57,906 nt of DNA from Thermoplasmatota archaeon. Lineage in GTDB: Archaea; Thermoplasmatota; DTKX01; DATEUP01. Position 1 is the stretch's first letter. Each line of letters opens with the position of its first letter. The stretch covers positions 1-57,906 of the forward strand of contig DATEUP010000100.1 of assembly GCA_035283065.1 (NCBI GenBank), written 5' to 3'. Below are positions 42,220 through 50,709 of this stretch, in pieces. The notes beneath the pieces are model-generated. The model ran no database searches. It worked only from the letters and a program-made list of their open reading frames with translations, and was not told the origin of the DNA. The translations under genes were made by a program, and so were the position numbers.

Positions 42220-42367
42220 ACTCCAGCCGCGGCGGCGCGCAAGGCCCGCAGCGACATGGCCAATTCGCCGAGCCCCTATTTACGCCCGGCGGTGGACTGG
42301 GGCTGCCGATCCTTGACGGACACCTTGCGGGCGGCCGCGCGCGGCCCCTTCGCCTCGTTCCCGAGGC

Positions 42368-42670
42368 TCAGAGTTCTCCGCCGCCCACGCCCGACGAGCC
42401 CATGCCTGTGCCGCCGCCGCCCCCGCTGCCGGTCTCTTCCATCCCGCCTTCACCCGTGGCGCCCGGGCGCACCTTGCGCGGCGAGAGCCGCCGCTCCACG
42501 ACGGCGATGAGGTCGCGCTTGAAGTCCTTCGAGATGTTCGTGGCCACCTGGAGGTCCGAGAGCTTCATCCCCTCGAGGCGGCCGAAGAGCTCCTCCGAGA
42601 GGTTCCAAACGGACGCGACGACCTCAAGGTCCCTGCGCGTGACGACGGCGTTCGGGTTCACCGTGAGCAC
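42368..42670 (-). CDS. Hypothetical small protein with a Gly-rich tail.
   Basis: The first canonical start is the GTG at 42670: (M)LTVNPNAVVTRRDLEVVASVWNLSEELFGRLEGMKLSDLQVATNISKDFKRDLIAVVERRL...GGGGGTGMGSSGVGGGEL. The rest of track ORF 42368-43912 is antisense to the HDAC gene. I recognise no family. Confidence 0.35.
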   Translation of the reverse strand: MLTVNPNAVVTRRDLEVVASVWNLSEELFGRLEGMKLSDLQVATNISKDFKRDLIAVVERRLSPRKVRPGATGEGGMEETGSGGGGGTGMGSSGVGGGEL

Positions 42671-42873
42671 GGGGGGCGGCGGCGCGGGCGGGGGCTTCGG
42701 GACGAGCGGCGGCGCCGCGAGGTTCGGGAGAATCCGGGGCCTTGCGGGGGCGCCCCCCGCGCGCTTGGCGCGCCGGAGGACCTCGTCTCCGACCGTTGCC
42801 GAACCCCCCCTTGCCAGGTAAGGAACCCCCGCTTGAAAAGGCGCGGCGTCCCGAATGGGGTATATGCGTCCAG

Positions 42874-42884
42874 TTAGATAAAAC
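42874..42884 (+). promoter_or_regulatory. Putative TATA box for the HDAC gene.
   Basis: TTAGATAAAAC lies about 30 nt upstream of the ATG at 42911. Confidence 0.4.
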
Positions 42885-42910
42885 CCTTCAAGTCGAGGGG
42901 TAAAGAGCCG

Positions 42911-43930
42911 ATGAAATTCGTGTACGACGCCCGGTGCGAAGACCACGTCCAGTGGCCCGGCCACCCGGAGCGGCCCGAGCGCGTGAAGGCGATTGTCGAA
43001 CGGCTCGCGGCCGAGGCGCCGCGCCGCAAGTTCCTCGCGCCAACCGCAGCAACCAAGCGCGACCTCATGCGCGTGCACGACGAGGCCTTCGTCGAGAGGT
43101 TGCGGCAGGCGAAGGAAGGCCCGCTCGACGCGGACACCTTCATCCACAAGGGCACCTACGCGCTCGCGCTCCTCGCGGCGGGGGCCGCGCTTACCGGCGC
43201 GCGCGAGGTCGTGAAGGGCCCCGAGGAAGTTTTCGCCCTCACGCGGCCGCCCGGCCACCACGCGGGCGCGGACTTCGCCGGGGGATTTTGCTACTTCAAC
43301 AACGCCGCGGTGGCGGCGGACTTCCTGTCGCGCGAAGAAGGGCTTGCCCCCGTCGCGGTCGTCGACTTCGATGTCCACCACGGCAACGGGACGCAGGCCA
43401 TTTTCCAGAAGCGCCGCGACATCGTCTACCTCTCGACGCACCAGTGGGGGATCTTCCCCGGCACGGGGGCGGCCGACGAGGTCGGAAAGGGCCCCGGGCG
43501 CGGACGCACCGTGAATGTGCCGCTGCCCGCCGGGTCTGGGGACCGGACCTTCGAGGTCGCGTGGGAGCGGATCTTCCTGCCCGTGCTCGAGGAGGCCCGC
43601 CCGCAGGCCGTGGTCGTCTCCCTCGGGCTCGACGCCCACTACGAAGATCCTCTGGCGGGGCTCTCGTTGAGCTCGCCAGCCTACATCGAGATGTGCCGCA
43701 AGGTCGCGGAGTTTGCAAGGAAGCGCGCGCGCGCGAAGGCGCTTTTCGTGCTCGAGGGCGGCTACAACCTCACGGCGCTTGGCGAGACCGTCGCGGGGCT
43801 TGCCGCGACGCTCGAGGGCCGCCCTGCGAAGACCGGGCTCAACACCGTGGCGGACGCCTCCGGGGTCGGGGCGAAGGCCGTCGAGGAAGCGGCCGCCGTC
43901 CAGCGCGCGCACTGGGCGCTGAATGCCTGA
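42911..43930 (+). CDS. Histone deacetylase-family amidohydrolase (AcuC/APAH/HDAC class).
   Basis: 339 aa. Motifs are RPPGHHAG....GFCYFNNAA, DFDVHHGNGTQ and the later LEGGYN. Confidence 0.9.
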   Translation: MKFVYDARCEDHVQWPGHPERPERVKAIVERLAAEAPRRKFLAPTAATKRDLMRVHDEAFVERLRQAKEGPLDADTFIHKGTYALALLAAGAALTGAREVVKGPEEVFALTRPPGHHAGADFAGGFCYFNNAAVAADFLSREEGLAPVAVVDFDVHHGNGTQAIFQKRRDIVYLSTHQWGIFPGTGAADEVGKGPGRGRTVNVPLPAGSGDRTFEVAWERIFLPVLEEARPQAVVVSLGLDAHYEDPLAGLSLSSPAYIEMCRKVAEFARKRARAKALFVLEGGYNLTALGETVAGLAATLEGRPAKTGLNTVADASGVGAKAVEEAAAVQRAHWALNA

Positions 43931-43939
43931 CTCGGCCCC

Positions 43940-45130
43940 TCACGTGAGCTTGGCCGGGCCCCGGCGGGGCTCGCCCGAGCGCGCCTTCCGGGGGCTCGGC
44001 CGCCTCCGGTCCTTGTCGCGCAGGACCTGCTTCTCGAGCCTCTCGAGGACGCCCGCGACCGCGCGCATGAGGTCGTCGTCCTCTGCCGTGGCCGTGAAGA
44101 GCCCGACATCCGTCTGGAGGCGCGCGCGCACTTCGGCGCGGTGCCCGTAGGTCCGGTGGTGCTCCATCACGTGCGCGTTGAACGTCCGGGGGCGCACGTG
44201 GGATGCGAGCTTGAGGACCGCGGGCTCGACGGCCGCGAAGACGTCCTCGAGGACGAAGGGGTCGTGGCCCTCGAGCCCCGTGACCTGGAGGAACACGCCT
44301 TCCCGGGGCGCCAGCGAGGCGATCATGTCGATGAGGTCGGCTTTCGTCACGATCCCGTCGGGCGCGTCCTTCTCCGCGATGACGACGGAGGAAGCCTTCG
44401 TCTCGATCATCCGGTCGATGAGGTCGCCGACGAGCGCCGTTCGCGGCGCGTCGACGACGGGCGAGGTCATGACGCCTTCGACCGTCATGGCGCCTTTCTT
44501 CTCCCGGGTCGGCGAGCCCTTGGGCACGCGCCGCTGCGCCGTCCACCCCGCGTAGAGCCGCAAGATGTCGCGGCCGCTCACGACGCCCGCAAGGCGCCCG
44601 CCGTCGTCGACGACGGGGATCGTCGGCTCGTCGAGCTTTCGAAGCTGGTCGAGGGCGAAGTCGAGGGTGTCGCTCGTGCGCACGACCACGGGGTCGGGCG
44701 TCATGACCGCGTGGGCAGGCAGCGCGCAGATCTCGCGGTCGCCCTTGAGGATCTCGAGGAGGCGCCAGCGCGTGAGGTGCCCCGCGAGCGTGCGCCCGTC
44801 CGCCTCGAGCACGGGGACCTGCCTGAACCCGCTCGACAGGAGCGCCTCCGCCCCCTTGGAGAGGGGGTCCTCGACGGTGAGGCGCGGGGGGACGACGAGG
44901 AGGCTCGATACGAGCGTGTCGAGCGAGAGGCGGCGCCTCTTGAGGAGCGTGTCATCCGAGAGGACGCCGAGGAGGTCGCCACGGGGCCCCACGACGGCGA
45001 CCTCGTGGAGGCCGGCCTTCTTCATCGTGCCAAGCGCCTTGCCGAGGTGCGCGTCGGGCGGCAGGGTGGCTGGCAGCGGCTCGACCGCATCGGCAAGAGT
45101 CATCTCTTCGAGTCGCAAGGTTTTGGCCAT
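43940..45130 (-). CDS. Four-CBS-domain protein fused to a C-terminal RaiA/HPF (S30AE)-like domain.
   Basis: 396 aa from the ATG at 45130. It has four CBS units (each ending ..G.LS/T..D.L). The last about 120 aa, VFLQVTGLEGHDPFVLEDVFAAVEPAVLKLASHV...FNAHVMEHH....RAEVRARLQTDVGLFTATAEDDDLMRAVAGVLERLEKQVLRDKDRR, follow the HPF/RaiA beta-alpha-beta-beta-beta-alpha pattern. Confidence 0.8.
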   Translation of the reverse strand: MAKTLRLEEMTLADAVEPLPATLPPDAHLGKALGTMKKAGLHEVAVVGPRGDLLGVLSDDTLLKRRRLSLDTLVSSLLVVPPRLTVEDPLSKGAEALLSSGFRQVPVLEADGRTLAGHLTRWRLLEILKGDREICALPAHAVMTPDPVVVRTSDTLDFALDQLRKLDEPTIPVVDDGGRLAGVVSGRDILRLYAGWTAQRRVPKGSPTREKKGAMTVEGVMTSPVVDAPRTALVGDLIDRMIETKASSVVIAEKDAPDGIVTKADLIDMIASLAPREGVFLQVTGLEGHDPFVLEDVFAAVEPAVLKLASHVRPRTFNAHVMEHHRTYGHRAEVRARLQTDVGLFTATAEDDDLMRAVAGVLERLEKQVLRDKDRRRPSPRKARSGEPRRGPAKLT

Positions 45131-45161
45131 GGAACCGTGACGTGCATGGCCTCTGGCGAAA

Positions 45162-45169
45162 GTTAAAAC
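45162..45169. promoter_or_regulatory. Shared AT-rich TATA-like element between the divergent CBS and Fap7 genes.
   Basis: GTTAAAAC lies 25-32 nt from the GTG at 45194 (+) and 32-39 nt from the ATG at 45130 (-). Confidence 0.35.
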
Positions 45170-45193
45170 CTTGGACAGGGGTGCTACGGCGCG

Positions 45194-45733
45194 GTGAGGT
45201 TGGCACTTACCGGCACGCCGGGCACGGGCAAGACGCAGGTCGGCCGGGCGCTCGAGCGCTCCGGGTTCCGCGTCGTATGGCTGAATGAGGAAGCGGCGCG
45301 CGCGGGGGCGGTCGTGGGCAGGGACGCAAGGCGCGGCGCGCTTGAGGTCGACGTGCGGAGGCTCGACCGGTGGGTGTCCAAGAACCTCGCGGGCGTCGAA
45401 AGCCCCGTGATCCTCGAAGGCCACCTCTCGCACCACCTCAGCGTCGACCGCGCCGTGGTGCTTCGCTGCGCGCCCCGCGTCCTTGCCAGGCGGTTGAGGC
45501 GCCGGGGGTGGAGCGAGCGCAAGGTGAGGGAGAACACGTGCGCGGAGGCGCTCGGCGTGATCGTCACCGAGGCCGTGGGACGGCTCGGCCGGGCCCGCGT
45601 GTTTGAGCTCGACACGTGCGGCGCTTCCGCCCGCGAGCGCGCGGGGCGCGTCGCCCGCATTGCGGCGGGCGGGGGCGAGGGCGACCTTGCAGGCCGGGTC
45701 GACTTCCTCGAGGAGGCGCCGCGTTGGTGCTAG
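45194..45733 (+). CDS. Fap7/AK6-type adenylate kinase-like NTPase (small-subunit rRNA maturation factor).
   Basis: 179 aa. (M)RLALTGTPGTGKTQVG is the P-loop at the extreme N-terminus. VILEGHLSHHL and RLRRRGWSERKVRENTCAEAL are typical of archaeal Fap7. Confidence 0.85.
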   Translation: MRLALTGTPGTGKTQVGRALERSGFRVVWLNEEAARAGAVVGRDARRGALEVDVRRLDRWVSKNLAGVESPVILEGHLSHHLSVDRAVVLRCAPRVLARRLRRRGWSERKVRENTCAEALGVIVTEAVGRLGRARVFELDTCGASARERAGRVARIAAGGGEGDLAGRVDFLEEAPRWC

Positions 45734-46389
45734 ATGAGTACCGGGGTGTGGGCGAGCGGTGGCTCGCACCCCTTGCAGACCGCCTGGCAAGAGGCGGCGC
45801 CGACCGCCTCACGTGGGCCTCCCTCGTATGCGCCGGCGCCGCGGGGGTCTGCTACACGCAGGCCTCGCCGGAGGCGCCGCTCTTCCTCGTCCTCGGGGCC
45901 CTCTTTGTCGTTGGAAACGCCGTCCTTGACGCGCTCGACGGGATCGTGGCCCGCAAGACCGGCACGGCCTCGAAGGCCGGCGACTTCCTCGACCACGCGC
46001 TCGACCGCTACGCCGACCTCTTCATCATCGGCGGGCTTGCCGCCTCGGGGTTCGGGGGGTTTGCATGGGGGTTCTACGCCGTCACGGGTGTGTTCCTCAC
46101 AAGCTACATGGGGACGCAGGCGGCGGCCGTCGGCCTCAAGCGCGACTACAAGGGAGTCCTGGGGCGAGCGGACCGCCTGATCCTCCTCACGTTCGTACCG
46201 CTCCTTGCGGCCGTGCTTGTCCTTGGGGGCCTGCCCTCGACCTTCCTCCTCCCCGGCGGACTCGACGCCTACGGGCTGCCCCCTTCGGTCACGCTGATCC
46301 AAGGGCTGCTGGGGACTTTTGCGGTTCTTGGCCACGCGACGGCCGTGCAGCGGTTCCGGCGCGCCCGCGCGGCGCTTGTCGCGGGGTAA
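45727..46389 (+). CDS. CDP-alcohol phosphatidyltransferase (archaetidyl-inositol/serine phosphate synthase-like).
   Basis: It has the signature DALDGIVARKTGTASKAGDFLDHALDRYAD (D-x2-DG-x2-AR-x8-G-x3-D-x3-D) and multiple TM segments. The GTG or TTG start overlaps the Fap7 stop. Confidence 0.85.
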   Translation: MLDEYRGVGERWLAPLADRLARGGADRLTWASLVCAGAAGVCYTQASPEAPLFLVLGALFVVGNAVLDALDGIVARKTGTASKAGDFLDHALDRYADLFIIGGLAASGFGGFAWGFYAVTGVFLTSYMGTQAAAVGLKRDYKGVLGRADRLILLTFVPLLAAVLVLGGLPSTFLLPGGLDAYGLPPSVTLIQGLLGTFAVLGHATAVQRFRRARAALVAG

Positions 46390-46581
46390 GACCCCCGGCG
46401 GCGCGCCCACGCCCGCGCCCGTTTCCATCCTTGTGAACACGTTGTTGGCAGGTCGGTGGCGCCGCTCGAAGCCTTCATATATGGACGCCTTGATCCTGGC
46501 GCACTCCGCCCGAATGCTGGCGGTGTATCTATCGGAAGTTGAAAGGCTCCGAAACTTCCAAAGCGAATCGAGGGACGATCC

Positions 46582-49500
46582 GTGGCTACTCCTGCCGCAA
46601 ATGCGGGCCCGACCGCGGCCAAGGCGCCCGCTAAGGCCGACGCGCCTGGCGTCATGTCCAGGCTCAACATCGAGATCGTGCTCATCGCCGTGCTTGCGGC
46701 CGTCTCGATCGCCGCGATCCTCGCCTCGGCGTTCCTCTCCTCCCAGGCCCCCTACGGCTACACGCCCGTCGCGCAGGAGCCAATCTCGAAGCTCCCGCCC
46801 ACGATCAAGATTGAAGGCGTTGACACGGACAACGACGGCCTCTTCGACATCGACGAGAACTACATCTACGGAACCGACACGACCAAGGTCGACACGGACG
46901 GGGACGGCATGCCCGACCCCTGGGAGGTCCAGTACAAGGACACGCGCAACCTCGAGACGCGCGAGCTCGTGATCGACCCCGTCGACCCCACGGACGCCTA
47001 CGAGGACCCTGACAGCGACGGCTACGACTTCAACAACAACGCGAAGGTCGACATCTTCCAGGACTCGGTCGTGCGCGCGAACCTCTCGATCCCCGCGAAG
47101 TCCCAGTACACGCTGCTCGGCGTGTGCCCGATCTACCAGAACCAGCTGGCCTACGACGGCGAGCTCCTGCACTTCGACCGCGTCGCGGTGATGGACAACG
47201 GCACCTACGGCGACCCCTCGACGAACCCGACTTCGGCGATCGAGGTCCGGATCACGGAGGTCAACTCGCGCGAGGAGGACCAGGGGGTCATCTACACGCC
47301 GAAGGACGACCCGAACTGCTTCCTCAAGGTCGAGCTCAACCCCGGGTCGAGCCGCCCCGCGGAGCTTGCGGCTTGGAAGCAGCGGCCCTCCGGCGGGTGG
47401 ATCGAGGGCGAGCTCGTGAACATCGAGGGCCTCTTCCACGTGGACCCGGCCGACGTCACGAACTGGTGGCTCGAGGTGCGCGGCGGGGAGACCTTCCCGA
47501 ACATCCAGGAGTACCAGACGTGGCACGACTACGAGGGGACAGGCAGGCTCACGGGCGCAAACCCCCTCGACCGCGACACGGACGGCGACGGGATGTCCGA
47601 CGGCTTCGAGGCCCACTACGGCCGCGGGCACGCGCTCTCGGGCAACGGCACGCTCTCGTGGGTCTGGGAGTTCTTCCTCTCGCCCGTGAACGTCTCGGAC
47701 GCCACGGAGGACCCCGACGGCGACGGAATCCGGATCACCTGGGCCGACTACGTGATCGCAAGGCTCCTCCGCGACGCAAACGGCTCCGTCGTGAACGAGG
47801 TCCCCTCGGACGTCGCGCCGGGCGACTTCGTCCTTGCCGGCACGAACCTCAACGAGTTCTTCCTCGGCACGAGGCCCGACCTCCCTGACAGCGACAACGA
47901 CACGTACCCGACGCCGCTGCCCGGCTCGCTCATCGCCGACTGGAACACGGCCGACATGCAGGAGGTCCTCGTCCTCAAGACCGACCCCCTCAAGTTCGAC
48001 ACGGACGGCGACGTCATGGACGACGGGTGGGAAGTCTACAACAACCTTCTCCCCCTCGACTCGGCGGACAAGTTCCAGGACATCGAGCCGGACAACCTCA
48101 CGAATTACTTCGAGTACATCAACCCGGGCTGCCGGCTTGACCCGCGCGCGCCCGACACGGACAACGACCTCCTGCCCGACGGCTGGGAGGTCGCCTACAC
48201 GCTCGACGCCTGCCGCAACGACGCGTCGGAGGACGTCGACCTCACGCGCGGCGTCGTGACGCCGGACGGCCTCACGAACCTGCAGGAGTTCATTTACGGC
48301 ACAAACCCGCGCAAGGTCGACACGGACGGTGACTTCCTCAACGACTTCGACGAGGTCCACAAGGTGTGGAACGTCTCCGTCGAAGGCAAGATCTACCTCT
48401 ACCGCACGGACCCCACGGCGCCTGACACGGACCTTGACGACAACCTCGACGACGAGGACGGCGACGGGAGCGACTTCCCCTGCGAGGAAGTCCTCGACGG
48501 CTCGGACAACGACGGTGACGCGCGCTTCCTCCAGAACGACAACTCGGACAACGACGGGGACGGCGTGATCGACGACGGGCCCTTCGGCAAGGTGCCGACG
48601 GCCGGGCTCCCGGGCACGGACCCATCGACCTGGCTCCCCGAGGGTGTGGACGAGGAGCATGACCTCTGCGACTACAATGAGGTCGTGATCTACCACACGA
48701 ACGCCTCGAACGCGGACACGGACCTCGAAGGGCTCTCGGACTGGATCGAGCTCAACACGGACCGCAACGCGACGAAGCAGGGCATCCAGACGACGAACCC
48801 GAACCTCAAGGACAGCGACGGGGACAAGCTCGACGACTTCGCGGAAGTCCCGCACCTCGTGGACGGCCTCTACCAGTGCCTCCTGCTCCAGCTGCCGGGC
48901 TTCACAGACAAAGTCGAGCGCTGTACGGATCCGTTGAACCCCGACACCGACGGCGACGGCCTCGAGGACGGCCTCGAAGTCCTCACGGATTTCCAGCTGT
49001 TCGACCCCGACACGGGCGAGCGCGACACGGTCATCCACTCCTCGGACCCCACGGATCCCGACACGGACCGCGACGGCCTCAACGACGGCTTCGAGTTCGA
49101 CAACAGCGACCTCGACGGCGACGGCCTGCCGACCTCCTGGGAGCTTGACAACCTCGCGATCTACCCGCTCGCCTACACGGAGGTCGACGCCGACGACAAC
49201 GGGGTCGACGACACGCAGGACGACTGGGACGGGGACGGCCTTTCGAACCTCGACGAGTACGTGCGCCGGCTCCAGCCCTTCGACCCGGACACGGACGACG
49301 ACGGGGTCCTCGACTCGAACGAGGAGCCGGGGCGCTTCGCGATCCTTCGCCTGCCGGTCTACTCGGACAGCGACGGGGACTTCATGCCCGACTGGTGGGA
49401 GAAGAAGCACGGGATGAACGCGAACCAGCGCGTGGACGGCTGCGCCGTGGACTCCGACAGCGACGGGTTCGCCGACCTCGACGAGTACCTCTACAACACG

Positions 49501-50709
49501 GACCCGCGGGGCTCTCTCGACAGCCAGACGCCGGACAAGTGGAACCACGTGTTCATCGCAATCCCGAACTCCTGCGACCGCGACGGCGACGGGATGGCGA
49601 ACTGGTGGGAGGAGAGGTACGGCCTTGCCCCCGACGACGCGACGGACAAGGACCGCAACCTCGACAGGGAGCTCAACCTCACGGGCGCCTACGACACCGC
49701 GACGGGCCTCATCATCCTGCCGGACAACTGGACGAACTATGAGGAGTACATCTATTCTCGTAACCCCTTCGGCCACATCTCGACGAACCCCGCGATGGGG
49801 GACTCGGACTACGACGCCTACAACATCCGCGTACGCCCGCTCGACGGCACGTTCAACAACACGGGGCTGAAGACCGACTGGAACAAGTTCTACACGGACG
49901 ACCGGGACGAGGACCCCGTGATCCTGTGGCACGCGAAGAACCCGACGAACCCGTCGGCAAACGCTACGGCTCTCTCGCCGATCCGGAGGGGCGACGCGAT
50001 CGGCGACATCGACCGCGACGGGATCAACAACACGGTCGAGGCGCAGAAGAAGACCTCGGCCTTTGACCCCGACTCGGACGGCGACGGGATGCCGGACGGC
50101 TGGGAGGTCCAGTACGGGGTCGGCAACCAGACGACGGGCAAGCCGATCCTCAGCCCGCTCTTCCCCGGCGACGCGAACGAGGACCCGGACAACGACGGCT
50201 GGAACTACAGCCGGGTGATGGACACGACAATCCTCCCGGACCCGTGCTCGGGCCTGCCGCCGCCGATCATCACGAGGCGCGACTTCAACGGGGACGGCCA
50301 GGTCGACGACTACATGGACAACGAGCAGTTCACGAACATCGAGGAGTACTACTTCGGCGACGACACGAACGGGGACGGGATCCACGACGTGACGACGCAC
50401 CCGGGCAAGCGGATCTCCGCGGCCGACTCGAACTGCCGCGGGCCCGTCGACGGCTTCCTGATGTACTTCAAGGACCGCGACTTCGACCAGATGGCGCGCT
50501 GGTATGAGGTCATGTTCCAGTTCGACGACGGCGACTCGACCGGCATAAACGGCCGGGAGGCCGACCCCGACCTCGACGGGTGGAAGAACATTATCGAAGC
50601 GCGCTCCATCCCCTGGTTCATCCCGCGGGACCCTGCAAACCACCCCGAGTGGTGCAACGTGCCGCGCGAGTTCCTGCCCGACCCCGAGCGGCCGCCGCCG
50701 CCCTGCTGA
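46582..50709 (+). CDS. Giant (1375 aa) N-terminally anchored surface protein made largely of thrombospondin-type-3-like Ca-binding repeats.
   Basis: The TM/signal anchor is MSRLNIEIVLIAVLAAVSIAAILASAF (an alternative ATG is at 46654). By eye there are 25-30 D-x-D-x-DG-x-x-D-x-x-E units (DTDGDGMPDPWE, DRDTDGDGMSDGFE, DTDNDLLPDGWE, DSDGDGMPDGWE ...), often preceded by N-[YFL]-x-E-[YF]..G[TS][ND]P. Confidence 0.85.
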   Translation: MATPAANAGPTAAKAPAKADAPGVMSRLNIEIVLIAVLAAVSIAAILASAFLSSQAPYGYTPVAQEPISKLPPTIKIEGVDTDNDGLFDIDENYIYGTDTTKVDTDGDGMPDPWEVQYKDTRNLETRELVIDPVDPTDAYEDPDSDGYDFNNNAKVDIFQDSVVRANLSIPAKSQYTLLGVCPIYQNQLAYDGELLHFDRVAVMDNGTYGDPSTNPTSAIEVRITEVNSREEDQGVIYTPKDDPNCFLKVELNPGSSRPAELAAWKQRPSGGWIEGELVNIEGLFHVDPADVTNWWLEVRGGETFPNIQEYQTWHDYEGTGRLTGANPLDRDTDGDGMSDGFEAHYGRGHALSGNGTLSWVWEFFLSPVNVSDATEDPDGDGIRITWADYVIARLLRDANGSVVNEVPSDVAPGDFVLAGTNLNEFFLGTRPDLPDSDNDTYPTPLPGSLIADWNTADMQEVLVLKTDPLKFDTDGDVMDDGWEVYNNLLPLDSADKFQDIEPDNLTNYFEYINPGCRLDPRAPDTDNDLLPDGWEVAYTLDACRNDASEDVDLTRGVVTPDGLTNLQEFIYGTNPRKVDTDGDFLNDFDEVHKVWNVSVEGKIYLYRTDPTAPDTDLDDNLDDEDGDGSDFPCEEVLDGSDNDGDARFLQNDNSDNDGDGVIDDGPFGKVPTAGLPGTDPSTWLPEGVDEEHDLCDYNEVVIYHTNASNADTDLEGLSDWIELNTDRNATKQGIQTTNPNLKDSDGDKLDDFAEVPHLVDGLYQCLLLQLPGFTDKVERCTDPLNPDTDGDGLEDGLEVLTDFQLFDPDTGERDTVIHSSDPTDPDTDRDGLNDGFEFDNSDLDGDGLPTSWELDNLAIYPLAYTEVDADDNGVDDTQDDWDGDGLSNLDEYVRRLQPFDPDTDDDGVLDSNEEPGRFAILRLPVYSDSDGDFMPDWWEKKHGMNANQRVDGCAVDSDSDGFADLDEYLYNTDPRGSLDSQTPDKWNHVFIAIPNSCDRDGDGMANWWEERYGLAPDDATDKDRNLDRELNLTGAYDTATGLIILPDNWTNYEEYIYSRNPFGHISTNPAMGDSDYDAYNIRVRPLDGTFNNTGLKTDWNKFYTDDRDEDPVILWHAKNPTNPSANATALSPIRRGDAIGDIDRDGINNTVEAQKKTSAFDPDSDGDGMPDGWEVQYGVGNQTTGKPILSPLFPGDANEDPDNDGWNYSRVMDTTILPDPCSGLPPPIITRRDFNGDGQVDDYMDNEQFTNIEEYYFGDDTNGDGIHDVTTHPGKRISAADSNCRGPVDGFLMYFKDRDFDQMARWYEVMFQFDDGDSTGINGREADPDLDGWKNIIEARSIPWFIPRDPANHPEWCNVPREFLPDPERPPPPC

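Noticed and set aside
42671-43912. The N-terminal about 410 codons of minus-strand ORF 42368-43912.
   Set aside because: It is antisense to the HDAC-family gene, whose catalytic motifs are clear. Only the 3' about 100 codons downstream of the HDAC start region are kept, as a low-confidence small gene.
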